A DNA stretch of 59,743 bases, counting the filler, from Dirinaria sp. TL-2023a (lineage: Eukaryota), in the NCBI GenBank assembly GCA_051941275.1. It is 3 parts of 3 records of this genome, joined end to end, with 100 filler letters (N's around TTAATTAATTAA, not from the genome) between each part and the next. Parts side by side here need not be neighbours in the genome. Positions count along the whole stretch, not along the records: positions 1 to 19,865 come from JAVEBF010000309.1; 2 more parts are not named here. One strand, given 5' to 3'. Positions 1 to 12,901 of the stretch are shown piece by piece (position 1 is the first letter of the stretch; every line of letters begins with the position of its first letter). Under the pieces are notes generated by a model. That model had not been told where the DNA came from and searched no databases. It worked only from the letters and a program-made list of their open reading frames with translations. The translations under genes were made by a program, and so were the position numbers.

Positions 1-400
1 GGTTTTGGGATAAGGTTGCTTATTTGTGCCTCCCTGGGTTCTGATTGGAATAGAATTGAATTGATAGATAGATATGAGCTGTATGAGCAGGTGAAATATT
101 GCAGACAGGCAGTCTGTGATGAGGAAAAGAGAGAGAGAGAGAGAGTATGAGGTTGGGTGCGAGAAAAGACAGAGAGCGAGAGAGAGAGAGACATGTTTTA
201 TGTTATTGTTTTTTGTTGTTGTTGTTGTTTTTGTTTTGAAAGGGGTGTGTTTTCAGAATCGGTGTTTCCCAGCGAACGCGAGATACATAGTGGAGAGAGA
301 GAGAGAGGGTGTGTGTTGAAGGATACATAATGGAGGAGGAGGAGGAAGGTACGCGATGTAAACAAAGGCTATGAATGCTGGACAGATGGGAATTTTTTTT
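1..400. repeat. Low-complexity (AG)n / (TTG)n / (GGA)n tract at the contig start
   Basis: AG runs at about 128-145, 170-190 and 293-307, TTG run at about 213-229. Confidence 0.8.
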
Positions 401-821
401 CAGAAGTATTGGGTGTTTGGAGTTCTCTTTGCTGAAAAGGAGAGTGGGAATAGTTTTAAGGGATGTCTAGAATCCGAATGACACAACACAGGGTGAGCTA
501 GCTGGCCAGACTTGAGAATTGCTTGGTTGACATCCATTTGCAGAGATAGATTCATAGAGCTAGAGCACCGACGATCCTGTTGGTTAACTGTACGAGTACT
601 CACTGCGAGTCTGTCCAACCCATCGCCTTGCTACACTTCGAAATGATGACAACCAACCCCGATCGCCAACCCGCTGTCTATGAGGTACCTCCCCGTTTTC
701 TTACGAAGCAAGAACCTGCTCAAACCTCTATGCGATTGGTAAATCGGAACGATAATATGGGTATCTTGGATAACAGTACGAAATTCCATCATTTTCTTCC
801 CTTCTTTGACCATTCAACGGT

Positions 822-3800
822 TCAACCTTCGCCGTCTCGGAAACCAGTCGGACTCGCGGCCCTCGGAGTGTCCAGCATCTTGATAGGGGCCAGTTTGGGC
901 ACCTTGGGTAAAGACTGGTATTTCAGGTCCTTCTCAGGCGTCGGCGGCGGTTTGTCGCCATCCTTGTTGCGAATGCTTCTTATCTCGTCTGCCGCCTCTG
1001 CCGCTTCTGCCGCTTCCGCCTTGGCTTGTGGGCCGTCCGGTGCTGGTTGATCGAGGACGGCAGCCGCTTTGCCATCGTGCAAGCTCTCTTCTCTTTGGCT
1101 TTCAGGTCTCTTCTTTGAGTCTCCAGGCACCTCCTGGGCTGTTGGGTCAGCCTTGTATGTTGCCGCCGGCAGTTTCTCATTGCTTAAGCTATCCTCTCGG
1201 CTGGTCGCCTCGCCATCTTCCTCGACGACTGGCAGCGTGGCACCAGCTACTCCATTCGTGCGTTCTGCGCTAGGACTCCGTATCGCGCTCAGAGTTCGAT
1301 CCCTTCTGTCGTCTTCCGTTGCACCGTGTTCTTCGCTCTTGCGGGCCTGTTTCTCGGCCTTCTCCATGACCTTGTCGATCGACTGGCGAGAAATGTCCAC
1401 GCTCGATTTGCGATTGCTGGTGGTTGGAGCCGTGAGAGACGCGGGCCCATCGAGTTGCTCGGAGCTACGAATGCGCCGATCCTGCTCTTCTTTAGTCAAC
1501 GCCAGACCGGAGATAAACCTTATGAAGCGTTCGCCATAGGATTCAGGAGGGATAGGTGAGATTTGCGTCTTGGGATTAGACATGCCCTTCCAGAAATGCT
1601 CGGCTCGCTTGACGAAACCATACTACATCAAACCTACATTAGCCTTGCCGATGCTTGGAAGGCGCTTGAAGCCGACTTACATGCGTTAGACAATCGATGA
1701 TGCCAAGGTAGTAGATCTCTTCTCCAGGCTGACCATCTTCATGTGTCGCTCGGAAGCCACCGTCATCGCTGTAAAAGATGAAATTCTTACGCTCCTCCAG
1801 CATCTCGTCCGGCATTTTGCTGGTGCTCTTGTCCATGGGTACAGGTTTTTCGCGCTTGATAATTTGACGCAGCTCCCTGGCCTTTCTCGCATGTTCGAGC
1901 TTTGACGGCGTCCGGCTCAGCATATTGGGCTGCGATTCTGCGTCGTGCTCTCCACCGGGTTGGAAGACTTGCAGGGTCTTGTCCCGCAGATTTTCTTCAT
2001 TGCCTTTGCTCAAATCGTGGATACCGACGAGAAGAGAATAGTCCATTATTTTCAACCTTTGCAAAAGCGCAACGTCTCGCTTCATCTGCTCGACGAACAA
2101 ACTCTTCTTTCGAGGTCCGAACTCGAAATGATAATTCCTGCGCAGCCAATTCAGATCTTTCAGCGTCGCCCGTGGATTTTTCTCCAGATCCGTTTCTCGG
2201 AAATCTCGACCGATTGTCGAACCTTTTAGGTCAAAGGTTTGATGTATATCCCGATGTGGTGGGAAGAGGTTGTTCATGACCACGAAATGTATCTTTCGAC
2301 CATACGGTATCTTGACTCGGTGGAGCCCGTAAAATTGGGAGATCAAGGTATTGGGATTCTTTTCGATGTGCGCGTAATAGTCCCGAAGTATCCTCCTTAG
2401 CAGCTTATGTTCGGCATGGTGTATAGTCTTGATTATGTATTTGTAGTCGCGGGAGAAGTAGAAGAAGCTGCCACTCTTCCCAGGAGAGCCAAGCTCGGAA
2501 AGAATGTACTTGCTTGTCAAAGACATCAAGTAATCCGCAGGATCGAGCATGAACTTGGCCCTGAGATGTCGAAATACCCATGGTGCGTAGTCTTTAAATT
2601 TGAAATCGTATTTAGCAGAGGGTGTCAATTCGTTGCCGGTGCTTCCAGAGTGTCAGTCACTAGAATAACTCCAGGATTTGCAAACGACTTACATGTCGAA
2701 AGAGAACTTATGCCGCGCATCAAAATCCGCGTCAGTCAATTCCCGATCTATCTTGGCGTTCGTTCTTGAAACCGTGAAGCGAATCCCAGTCAGCATGTTA
2801 TACGCGGTAACCCAATTAACATGATGCATGTCGACTTTGGTCCCAACGACTACTCGGTCCTCTTCTTCCTCCTCTTTTCTCTGCCTACGACTAGCTCTTT
2901 TCTGCCTGATTGTCTCTGTCCATCGTGCCATATCACCGTCTTGCGGAATCTCATCAAGGAACATATCCGAGTGTATCGATCGCGTTGGCCGTCTTCCTAA
3001 GCTTGCAGACCCCCGGCCGCCGCCGTGCGTTGGCGAGAAGCGTTCAATGTCCACATCCGTGTCTTCAGAAGAAGCCTTAACAGGAGATGAAAAATCTCTA
3101 GAGACACGCCCAGTCGCAAGCCTTGGGACCTGCAAGGTATGACGGTGCTGTAATCGAGGTGCAGTTGGCTGCAAAGGTAGTTTTGAAGACGCAGGAGCTA
3201 TCGCGGGGTTTGGAGCGGTATTGGGAGGGTTTGGTGGAATGTGCGTTCTGCTGTTATGGAGTTGCGGATTGTTCGGAGCAGCGGCGTGCGTGCCAAAGGA
3301 TTGCATGACTGCCTCCCCCGGATTCGAAGAGGCTAGGTTTGGCGAATGAGCTTGGGGTGCGGATAAAGAATGCGCTCTTGCATGGCCTCGATGCCCGCCC
3401 CCAATCTGTCCTTTCTCTGGCGATTTTGGCCGCGAAGGCTGGACAGCGGTGCCGTTCGCTTGAGCCATGGAATCAGGCTCGCTTGCTGTGACCTGTTTTG
3501 TTATTCCATTTATCGATGGTGGGGTTCGCTCCTCAATTTCCATACTAGCGTTCAATCCGCTCCCGACAGAGGGATCGCTCTCATGTCTTGAATGTGTCTT
3601 CCGCCGTATCTCCGTACTATCGCTTGGCCTGTCATTTGGTAAAGACGACAAACTTGTATTAGCACCTTTCGGACCTTGGAAGAATACACCATCTATCTTT
3701 TTGCTCGTACCGGAGCCATCGACAGCGAAACCGTTTAGTAGAGTACCTGTGGTGCCCGATGACCGCCGTGAAGCTTTCTCTTGTGAGGTCCTATGGGGAG

Positions 3801-3873
3801 GCTCATAAGGAGATGTGTCGCTTGTTGCTAAGGTCACAGGCTCGCTGAAATGGTTCGTAATTATTGAAGGCAT
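822..3873 (-). CDS. MSS4: Phosphatidylinositol-4-phosphate 5-kinase (Mss4/Its3 family), 3 exons: 3873-2693, 2641-1681, 1622-822
   Basis: PIP5K motifs FKFKDYAPWVF, SPGKSGSFFYFS, IIKT, FDLKGS, MDYSLLVG, YLGIIDCLT. Introns 2692-2642 and 1680-1623 (GTAAGT...AG) restore FSFDITGNELTPSAKY and THYGFVKRAEHFWKG. Confidence 0.96.
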
Positions 3874-5282
3874 GTCGAGCAAACAGGCTATCGCCCTTAA
3901 TGAACCGCCGATTGAGCGATACCTTGAGTTGGTAGCCGCAGTGGGCTGGAGTCAATCGAACCTCGTTTATTATTTGAGCTCGCAGAAGTGCCCATGAAAG
4001 CTGTCCTCCATGCTGGACTAGTCTATGGCTTCATTCCTCAGCCTCCATACAGCTGGGTGCATGAAGAGATGATAAAGATTTGGAATCCAGGAGACACCTT
4101 CAACAGCGGAGGAAATGCGCTGTCAGCAGATACGCCGCTATCCGAGATCGCGACCAGGATCTTAGACAATTGATTCACAGGATGAAAGGAGAAGCAAAGA
4201 ACTTGAGGCGGATAGTAGCTAGCAGCGGCTGGCGATGCGGTTAATGGACGGTGTGTAGGTGAGTTGATCACGGCTTCAAGAGGTTGAGGAGCTAACCTAT
4301 GGGACTGTGGTGTAGTGTAGGAGTCCAGTACGAGGACTGTACTTTGCTCCAGAGCTGCGCTTTGCGCGATTTGGCAGGCCGGCTTCCGGCATCTCCGTCC
4401 CGCTGGAGCCAAGCCCAAATCATCCAAATGGATCTTCCATTGACTAACGAACGTACAGTATTATTCCCACTGCGACCACACCATTCTACCTACTTACCTG
4501 AAGGCACTTTACTCTGCTGCCATAACACCCTCGTCATTATTCCCTACAGTTTATTTTCATCTATCAATCCCCTCCGACCTCTTGCCGTCTCAGGATTAAA
4601 TACATTCAAATTTCTGTTCTAACAGGATGACGAGATTTATGCAAACTACGTTTGCACGAAGTGACGAGGGGCTGATTTGATCATGAAAGTGTCACTGTCA
4701 AATTGGCGAATCATTAAATGTTGAAAGGCGCTAAAAAAAGAAAATGGCTTTGTAACTCTGATCCTGAAGCACCGAGGTGTCGAGGAAGACATGAATAGAA
4801 GACATTAAGCAGTGATGAGGGTGGTGTGTCAGACTGTCAGTAGAGTACGGTGATGTGGCGGCAGTGGGACCCATCCACAAACACCACCGAAGCTTTCGAT
4901 TCAGATGCCGCAGTGCCGCTGCTCCAGAGAAGCACGCACCCCTGGGCACAAGCGACGCTCGAATAGATGAATTGGCAAAGAATTGACCTTCTCACAATCA
5001 TCAATAAGAGGAACACACGAGCGACGGAACCATTGATATCGAATTTTGTATTCGCACGCTGTGATATAAATACAACGACCAAAGCTCATCATAAACGTGA
5101 CCTACGAACGCCTCCAAGCCGCCATTATTCTAAGCAAAAACTGCTGAGCTGCCGCGTCCGTGATCTCTTCCCTATGTGCAAGAAGAAAGACGCGACCGAG
5201 TTTCGCAGCAACGCCTGGCTACGTCTCATCCCGACCTTCGCCACCTCGAAAATTGATGAAAAAGACAGGCAATTCGGAAAGC

Positions 5283-6593
5283 CTAGCTGGCTGGCGTGGG
5301 CTCGGCCTTCTTCTTAGGCGTTGCTGTCTTCTTGGGTGTGGCTGAGGCGGCCTTCTTCGGCGCGGCCTTCTTGGGTTTGGAAGCAGCTTTCGCCGGGGTC
5401 TTGGTCACGCGCCCTGATTTGGTCTTTCCAAGTACTTTCTCCTCAGTGACGATAGCGTCAGCCTAAAGCTTTGTTAGCATTAGAACCTTGATTGGAATGC
5501 CCAATCTCGAACCTTCGCTGGTGTCTTGCGCTTGCTAGCAGTGTTTGCTTTAGCTTTTGGCGCAGCAGTTTTCTTTGGGGCGCCGGCCTTCTTTGGCCCT
5601 GCAACTTTCGTTGCTTTCTTTGGAGCAGCGGTCTTCTTCTTCGTAGCGGTAGTCTTGCCAGTAGCAGACTTCTCCTTCTAGTGTAGCAATGAAGGTCAGG
5701 AGCTAATTTTCAAGTCATGAAGCGGCGTATCTACCTTTGCGGCCGGGGCCTTCTTCTCAGTGGCTGGCTTAGCAGCAGCTTCCTTCTTCGCAAGCTTTGT
5801 AGTACCGGAAGGACCTTTTGGATTTTAGCGATGAACATAAGTAGATCAAGCGTAGTACAAGGCAATTGTTTATCACAGTAGAGGTCATGACAGGTTACGG
5901 CATTATTCTTCTAGCCCCGGCGGGCCCAAAGAACAGTAAGAGCAAAGGATACATTAAAGTGATGAGCAACGACAAGATCATATGAAACAGTAGACGTACC
6001 CTTGGGCTGTGCAAATTCTCCTTTCTCTACGCCGGTTCGCAGCGCTCTATTGAACTGCGTATCGAAGGCAGCAGACGAGGCAGCAGGCTTATGGTTGGCG
6101 AGGATGTATTTCTTGATAGCAGAGCGGCTAGATGGTCGGGATGTCTCAGTACTTGAGTTGAAGAACGACGCGACCAGAAAAGTAAACAAAATCCAAACGC
6201 CGTAGTGGATTGAGAAGAGAACACCATACCTGCTTCCATTGCGCTCTTTGAGCTAGAAAGATGGAAATTACGTCAGTGTATTCTCTTACTAGACGCTGAC
6301 ATGAGGTTGAAGTGAAAGCTGCTTGAGTCCATATGAGGTGGTGCTAGGCGACCCTAAACCAACAACATGGGATCACGCGCATTGGTATACACTCACAGTG
6401 AGGATAGCCTCCTTGATCATATCTGTAGAAATGTGTCAGCAGATACTCGCGACCACAGCGCACTTATTCCGAAGCTAACGCGACAACTCTGGGTGGATTT
6501 CTACAGCATTGACTGACCTCTATACGAAGCATGAGCGGGGGCGGCGGTGGCCTTCTTCTGCGAGGCAGCAGCGACGGCTTTCTTGGGAGGCAT
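5283..6593 (-). CDS. HHO1: Histone H1 (linker histone), 7 exons: 6593-6518, 6422-6397, 6252-6230, 6127-6000, 5814-5735, 5677-5513, 5462-5283
   Basis: Spliced product MPPKKAVAAA...[34 protein letters not shown]...GEFAQPKGPSGTTKL (H15 globular domain), then a Lys/Ala/Pro-rich tail. All six introns are GT-AG and in frame; the ORF track shows only a fragment. Confidence 0.95.
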
Positions 6594-6755
6594 AGTTAAT
6601 GATGAGGATAGATGGATAGTACGATTGATGAACTCTTGAACGAGGTATAATACGTCCTAATTGACAGATGTGGATGGGGAACGATTGGCGTCGAAAGCTG
6701 GTGGGTGGAAATGGGGAGGGAGATAACATGCGCGGGGGAGCGAGGGGATGCTCTC

Positions 6756-6761
6756 TTTATA
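6756..6761 (-). promoter_or_regulatory. Putative TATA box of histone H1
   Basis: TATAAA on the minus strand about 165 nt upstream of the H1 ATG. Confidence 0.4.
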
Positions 6762-6966
6762 CCCTCGGTTAGGCTTTAGTGATTTGCATGCGAGCCACGC
6801 CCGCTCACTGCTGCCCTGAGCTGCCAAAACAAATAGAACCCCCAAACCACTAGCGCTCGGCCTTCCGGCGCAAGGAGGGGGGGGATTTTAAATTCAATTA
6901 ATTCACCTAAAAGTATTTCTCGCTTACTACTACTGTCGTTTCATAGCAATAATAATAATTTATGCT

Positions 6967-6967
<1 letters not shown>

Positions 6968-6999
<32 letters not shown>
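6968..6999. repeat. (CT)n microsatellite
   Basis: About 16 uninterrupted CT units. Confidence 0.95.
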
Positions 7000-7003
<4 letters not shown>

Positions 7004-7989
7004 TGCGCCCCTACCAAATCTTCAGATTCAATTCCGAAGATGGAGCTGGTTCTTACGGTAGAATCTGTCGACCCAGGCGGAAGGCAACCGTGGTAATGAC
7101 AGAAAGAGGCTGTCTCGTGACCCAAGGATCACGTTGATCGGATCTACCAAGGGATCTGTGTCTGCTGCCTACCAAACATGCTGTTTCCGAAATCTCTCAT
7201 CACATGGTCTCCTGTGAACGATGCGTATTTCTCAATCATCCATGGCAGTAGTAACATGACATATCGTAACAAACTCCCTTTCGTCCGATCTCAACAAGGT
7301 AGGCATCGGCTTTCGAACAAGTGAATATCGCGCGTCGGTGTCGTTCTGCACCGAGACTGTCTACTAATAGCTTTGTTGCAATCTGCGCATGGTCAAACGT
7401 TTGTGAATGTCTAGTCATTGCGGCCTCATTTTGGGGTCGGGTCAGCTTCATTGGAATGCGCACATCTAGTTCTCTTAGAAAACCAGCCTGTTGAGATAAG
7501 TATCGCACGAATATCATTTATGTATAATACTCGCCACAATCACGAAGCGGGATGTCAAAGTGCTTGGGTGAGGGTCAGGAGAAACATGGTTCGCGGTAGG
7601 TTCTTACGACATCATGATCAGGTAAAAGTAGATACTAAGGTAAGGTGAAATTGATGATGCCATCGAAGGCTGGCCAAAGTGCGTAAACCCAGAGAATTGA
7701 TTCAACCCTCTCGTCAGCCTGAATGTATCGACCAGTCGCTTGAACAGCGTTTCACGTCTGAATCTTTGCAGACTACTCAGGCCTCTCAAATTTTGATGCG
7801 CAGTCCAAATACCAAATTCGTCACTCCACGCTCATTCCCTTAAATGACAACGGCGTTATTCGACGATCTTGCCTCAGTCGAGTAAGAATAGTGTCCCAAG
7901 CCATGAGGACTTCATCGATCCTCATGTTATACATGTTTCAAAAGCGCTGAACGCTACATACGTCCCAAAACCCATCTAAGCCAGTCTCA

Positions 7990-10430
7990 TTACCTGCTGT
8001 ATGCGTATCCCGCTAAATCAAACTTCGCTTTCTGAATAGCATGTGTCTCAGGGCTCGATAAGACATCGCTGGCCTCTTCATCCGAGTCTGGTATGACTAA
8101 GCCCTCCTTCCGTTTTGCCGTTTCATCGTTGGAGGCTCTGGTCCGACTTGTAAGGAGACCATCCGAATGATGGTGGGATTTAAGCTCACAAGGGGATGCA
8201 GACGGCGTAACGCAAACTCCATTTTCGGGAGTGGCATCATGAGAGCAGTTAAGGGCATTCTTTGTCAAGGTACTCGAAGGTCTACTACCAGACCGATTCC
8301 TACCCAAAGCACTTGCACTAATCCGTTGAAGTGGGGTTAAGTTGCCATGTCTTGTCGATTGCAACTCGACCGAAGACTGCAAAGCTTTGTGGTACTCTCC
8401 CGGCTTGATTCTATAGTCGTCCGGATTCTGCCGGAGGCGTTTAGTCTCAGGCTGAGCATGATAACCGAATTTCTGACCCATTTCGAACGGAGCTCTCCTG
8501 ACATTTCGGTCCATCTTGCTACGAGCTATCTCAACCGAGTCTGCAACGCTCGTTGTAGAGGTAGTGAGGGGCATTTCTGACGAGGTCGTGCTCTTAGATG
8601 GATTAGAGCTCTGAGAGTCATAATTCTTGACAATGTCGCCTTGCTGAACACCTGGTGAAGGTGGAGGAATATTTTGCAGGGCAATTGGAGCGGTCACCTC
8701 GTCGACCGCTTGCTGCGTATCTTTGGAGTCAGACAGCTCTGGGGCCTTGTCAGTGCTGGTAGCATAGTCAGTGATCTCCGGGAGGTCGGCCATTACATCC
8801 TCAATAGAATCATCAGACCATATGTAGATCTCCGAATTCCGGGATCTCGACTTTTTAGCCTTTCCCTTCTCAGAGATAGGCTCTACAGGAGCGAAGAAGC
8901 GGCTTCTATCACCTGTATTTGACGTAACGGTACCCAGCGAGTCATGCTCGTCTAAGCGGTCAGAGCACAGCCGCCTTCTCTTCACCGGACAATGCGGTGC
9001 AGACAGTGAGCCCTGATGAGTGTCGGAGAATGATGGAGAGACAGTTGCTCCTGGCCCTGAGACTGGTAATGACGTACTCGAGAGCGGTAGTTGAGGCCTC
9101 CGAGGTGCAGGGCTCGACATCCATGTGGCGGTCACTCCCTGCTGAAGTCGCTGCTGACTTGTAGACGGGGTGAAGCTATTAGGATCTAGTTCGGCTAATG
9201 GTCTCCGCTTGGGTTTGAAGAAAGACTCTATTGACTTATTCTCTTTCATATCGCTAAAAGCGATACCACCGCGGGTCGCTGCATGTCCAAGTGGTGTCCG
9301 AGGAGAGCTGGTAGTCGGACCAGATAGCTTCATTTCCTTCTTGGTCATTGGATGAAGATTACCACGAGCAACGCCAATCGCCGTCTCCTGACTAATTCGA
9401 ATACCAATAAAGCCTAGGTCGTCGGGCTTTGTGTCAAGATTTGCGTCGCTCACCATAGCCAGGTCATTCACGATCGGGCAAAAAACACGTTGGTAAAGGA
9501 ATGTTAATTCCGCTTGCCGAAAGCGTTCGAGATACCCCTTTGGTACGTGATACTTTCCGTCGAATTGTAGCATACGAAGAATTTTCTCGATGGTCTTGTA
9601 CTTGCGGACCAATCGATAGGCTGTCATCAAGCCCATGTTTGTGATACTTGGCAAATAGTCGCATCCGCTGAGAATTGCCATCAACCGGAATTCGGCGTCG
9701 GACCAGGCCGTTAGACTGATATCTCGGCACGCTGAAAAGTCTTTCCGGTTGATTTCCACACAATCACCATACTGGTCGAGTTTTGTGAGAAGACATTTCG
9801 CACCGAACACCAAAAGATCTGAATCTTCAGAAAGGATGCCTTGCACTATACCGTTGCGCTCAAGGTATGCCAACTGGGCGTCAGCTTCGTACGGAGCGAC
9901 AACATAGTGCACCCCAAGTTTCTTCAGCTCCCGGATGAGCTGACCGGCCATCTCGGGGGTGACGTCAACAGCTTTTTGCAGCTCCTTTTGGGCTTGCGAA
10001 GGTTTACCAAGCCTGTACATCTCCAGCCCAATCCTCTTACTCTCCTCTCGCCTCTTCGCCCGACCAACCTCTGTCGCTGCTTTGCTTGGAAGGTAATCGC
10101 CATCAAAAACAAGGTACGGAGTCACACCGAAATGTATGAGCATGCGGACACGATGCAACGAAAAATCAACGTACCTAAATCATCAGTAAAGGTACAACCT
10201 GTCCAGTTAGGGATGTCATACTTCGTTGTCGGCTTCCCCGATGCCAGATCAATTGCACAAGCAACGGTACCCCTATGGAGCCATCCATATGCGTCAACTC
10301 CAATCGTCTGTCCAGCGAATTTTTTAAGGTTACATGGCTTGTGAATTGACTTGAGCAATGGGAGCAGTCCTACAGGCTGTCAACCGGACGCCTGCAAGGC
10401 TAGGAGCCACGGCCTACCATTTATACCCAT
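7990..10430 (-). CDS. EXO1: Exonuclease 1 (XPG/Rad2 family), 3 exons: 10430-10418, 10369-10222, 10174-7990
   Basis: Spliced N-terminus MGINGLLPLLKS...VDAYGWLHRG; motifs VFDG, APYEADAQ, EDSDLL, SGCDY; long disordered C-terminus. Confidence 0.96.
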
Positions 10431-10774
10431 CGCCGAGCCACCAAGCGAGATACTTGTGTAAAGCGGCGGTCTGCCCTATTTTGACACCAACATACCACGA
10501 AGCAAGGAACCTAAGACCATGCTTCTACCAAAGCAATGAAGGCCAATGTATATGACAAGTAGCAGGGTATTAAGGCAATTCCGAGCAAGGACAGAGCAAT
10601 CGCTTTATGCAGCGTTCAGTAGCACTATGGTAAAATTCCATAGTATTTACAAACGCTCAGCCAATGCTGAAGGATGATTTGCTGAAAGGTAAGGTTAGGT
10701 AAATACTGAAAGGCACGAGTAGTCGAGTACTGACATTGGAGGCTTGGCAGGTGCCGATGGAAGCTTAGTCAGAA

Positions 10775-10786
10775 ACGCGTCGCGTC
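10775..10786. promoter_or_regulatory. Tandem MCB-like (MluI cell-cycle box) elements in the EXO1/ECO1 divergent promoter
   Basis: ACGCGT immediately followed by an overlapping TCGCGT, between two S-phase genes. Confidence 0.65.
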
Positions 10787-10856
10787 AGCTCAGCAGGATA
10801 CACAATGCGCAGCAAGAGTATGCTTGTGACGAAAATCTTCAGGAAACAGCGTTACT

Positions 10857-12174
10857 ATGCCTTACGGAGTCTCGAACTCTTTTAAAAGGTATCAAGAGCC
10901 CTCGCAAAGAAAGCTATGTAATCTGACCAAACCATAGAGGTACCATTCGTACATATGCACGGCAGTCCCAACGCGTCTTGGACGTTGACGGTATCGGCTA
11001 CCCACCAAAGCGAATATGTATAAGCAATGCCGGCAAAGCCGTTGGAATAAAAGATTCGTCTGGTTCTGAGGCAGCTGAAAACTGTTCTCGTCTTAGTCAG
11101 ATTATCGACGGTGATGTCGATGCATCATCCTCCACGGTCCCCTCGAGTCCACCACAGAGAGATGCGCAAATTTACTCCGATAAAACGCTACTCAACACCG
11201 ATTCAGACCTTTCTTCGCCGCCTTCTTCTCCTCCACTGCCCATGCCGTCCCCAGTCCGCACTGCCCTCAAGCCAGCATTCTCCATTCTCAAGCGCAAACG
11301 GTCCGCTGTCATCGAGCCCGAGCCTCTCGCCGAATCCGATCACAATGCTCGCAAAGTGCCAAGGTTAAAGCGAGCTTCAAGTTTGAAACAGATGCAGATC
11401 GATCTCGGAGGAGATGTCCGGAAGACATGCGAGGAATGTGGGATGGAATACATACCCTCAAATAGCGAAGACCTAGCACTTCACAGAGAATTCCACAACA
11501 TGAACAAGGATGGAGTTGAGATAGGACGAATATTTCTGAAAGACAAGGGAGCAAAGTCAGTTGCGCTGAATGGACGCCAACTTCGAAGGGACGAAGACGT
11601 TGTCATGATTGACCGGCGTTGCTCCTTGGCATCTCGAAACAAAGTGAAGAAGGTCCTGGAGGTGGTCAATGCTGAACTTTCTGCAGCAGACATTGAGGAT
11701 TCGCATTTGTGGGGGGGCATTGACCGCGCATGTGGAGCTGTATCGACAAGGAAGACGACTAAAAATGAAGGATCCACAGATGGAGGCACCCGTTTCAAGG
11801 CTTTCCTCTACCTGGCAGGCGACAAATGCATTGGGCTGTGCTTGGTTGAACGGATCGCCTCAGCTTACCGAGCCGCTGATGCGTCGACTCCAGGGATGAT
11901 GCAGATGCGTCCACCTGCAAATACCTTGAGCTCTGCCATCTCCATCTCGGACAAAAAGGATGTCGCTCTGCTGGGAGTTACCAGGATCTGGACTTCGCGA
12001 ACGCACCGGCGCCAAGGTGTAGCTGTGGTTCTGCTAGAATGCGCCAGACGACATTTCTTCTACGGCATGGAGGTAACCAAGGACCTCATTGCTTTCAGCC
12101 AACCAACGGAGAGCGGAGGCAACCTGGCAAAACATTGGTTTGGGGCAAACACAGGATGGCATGTCTTCCGATAA
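10857..12174 (+). CDS. ECO1: Cohesin acetyltransferase Eco1/Ctf7, 2 exons: 10857-10888, 10938-12174
   Basis: PIP-like QMQIDLG, zinc finger CEECGMEY...HREFH, acetyltransferase core LGVTRIWT...RRQGVA and AFSQPTESG. An ATG-containing first exon joins in frame through intron 10889-10937 (GTATCA...CTGAC...TAG). Confidence 0.93.
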
Positions 12175-12901
12175 GAGAATGGGGAAGAGCCTGTTGAACT
12201 TTTGTGATCGGAGATTCTGCCTGACTTCGCGAGACTTCCAATCGATGGATATTTAGGACGAAGCGTGCAGTAGTGGAGTGCTGGAAACCAGCCCTACTTT
12301 TGTCAGGGATGGCGTGTCGTGTTCATTCTCTAGCTCGGTAGCTCAGTCTTGTTGCAAAAGATCGAAATGCATCGCTCTATGCATACAAGAGCCAGACACA
12401 AATAATATAAAGGCATATGCTACTTCTGTGGAAGGTAACAATGTGCAAGCAGCTTGAGGTAGTGAGGGTAGTTGGCGCGCGTAAGGGTGGCCGCTAAATT
12501 GCTGTTGCATGACCGAGTCGACCACATCGCTCGCTATGATGTCCTTTCTACATGCTACCTAGTGCAGTAGATGTCCGTATGGTAATCAGACGGAATAGGA
12601 GACGGAATAGGAAGCGGTAGGGACGGGGAAATGGGGAAAAGCTGGGCAGGGATTTAATTAATGGGGAAGGAAAGGGTTGGACGAGGGAAAGCGATCTTTG
12701 TAAGGCCGCCGAGTCTGGCGAGTCTGGCGAGTCTCGGAATCTGGCTCACCGCCAGCACTAAATGCCGACCTTAAAAGCAAAGCAACTTCCAGTCCAAGTA
12801 AGTAGCATGTGTTCCTTGAGGCATGAACCATCTATCCGGATGCTTCGGACCTTCGTCTCCATCCTTTGCCCTTATGCAGGCATCTCTGATCTGGAATCGT
12901 G

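Noticed and set aside
12588..12737. Short direct repeats (GACGGAATAGGA x2, CGAGTCTGG x2-3)
   Set aside because: Too short and few; consistent with slippage duplications, not a CRISPR-like array.
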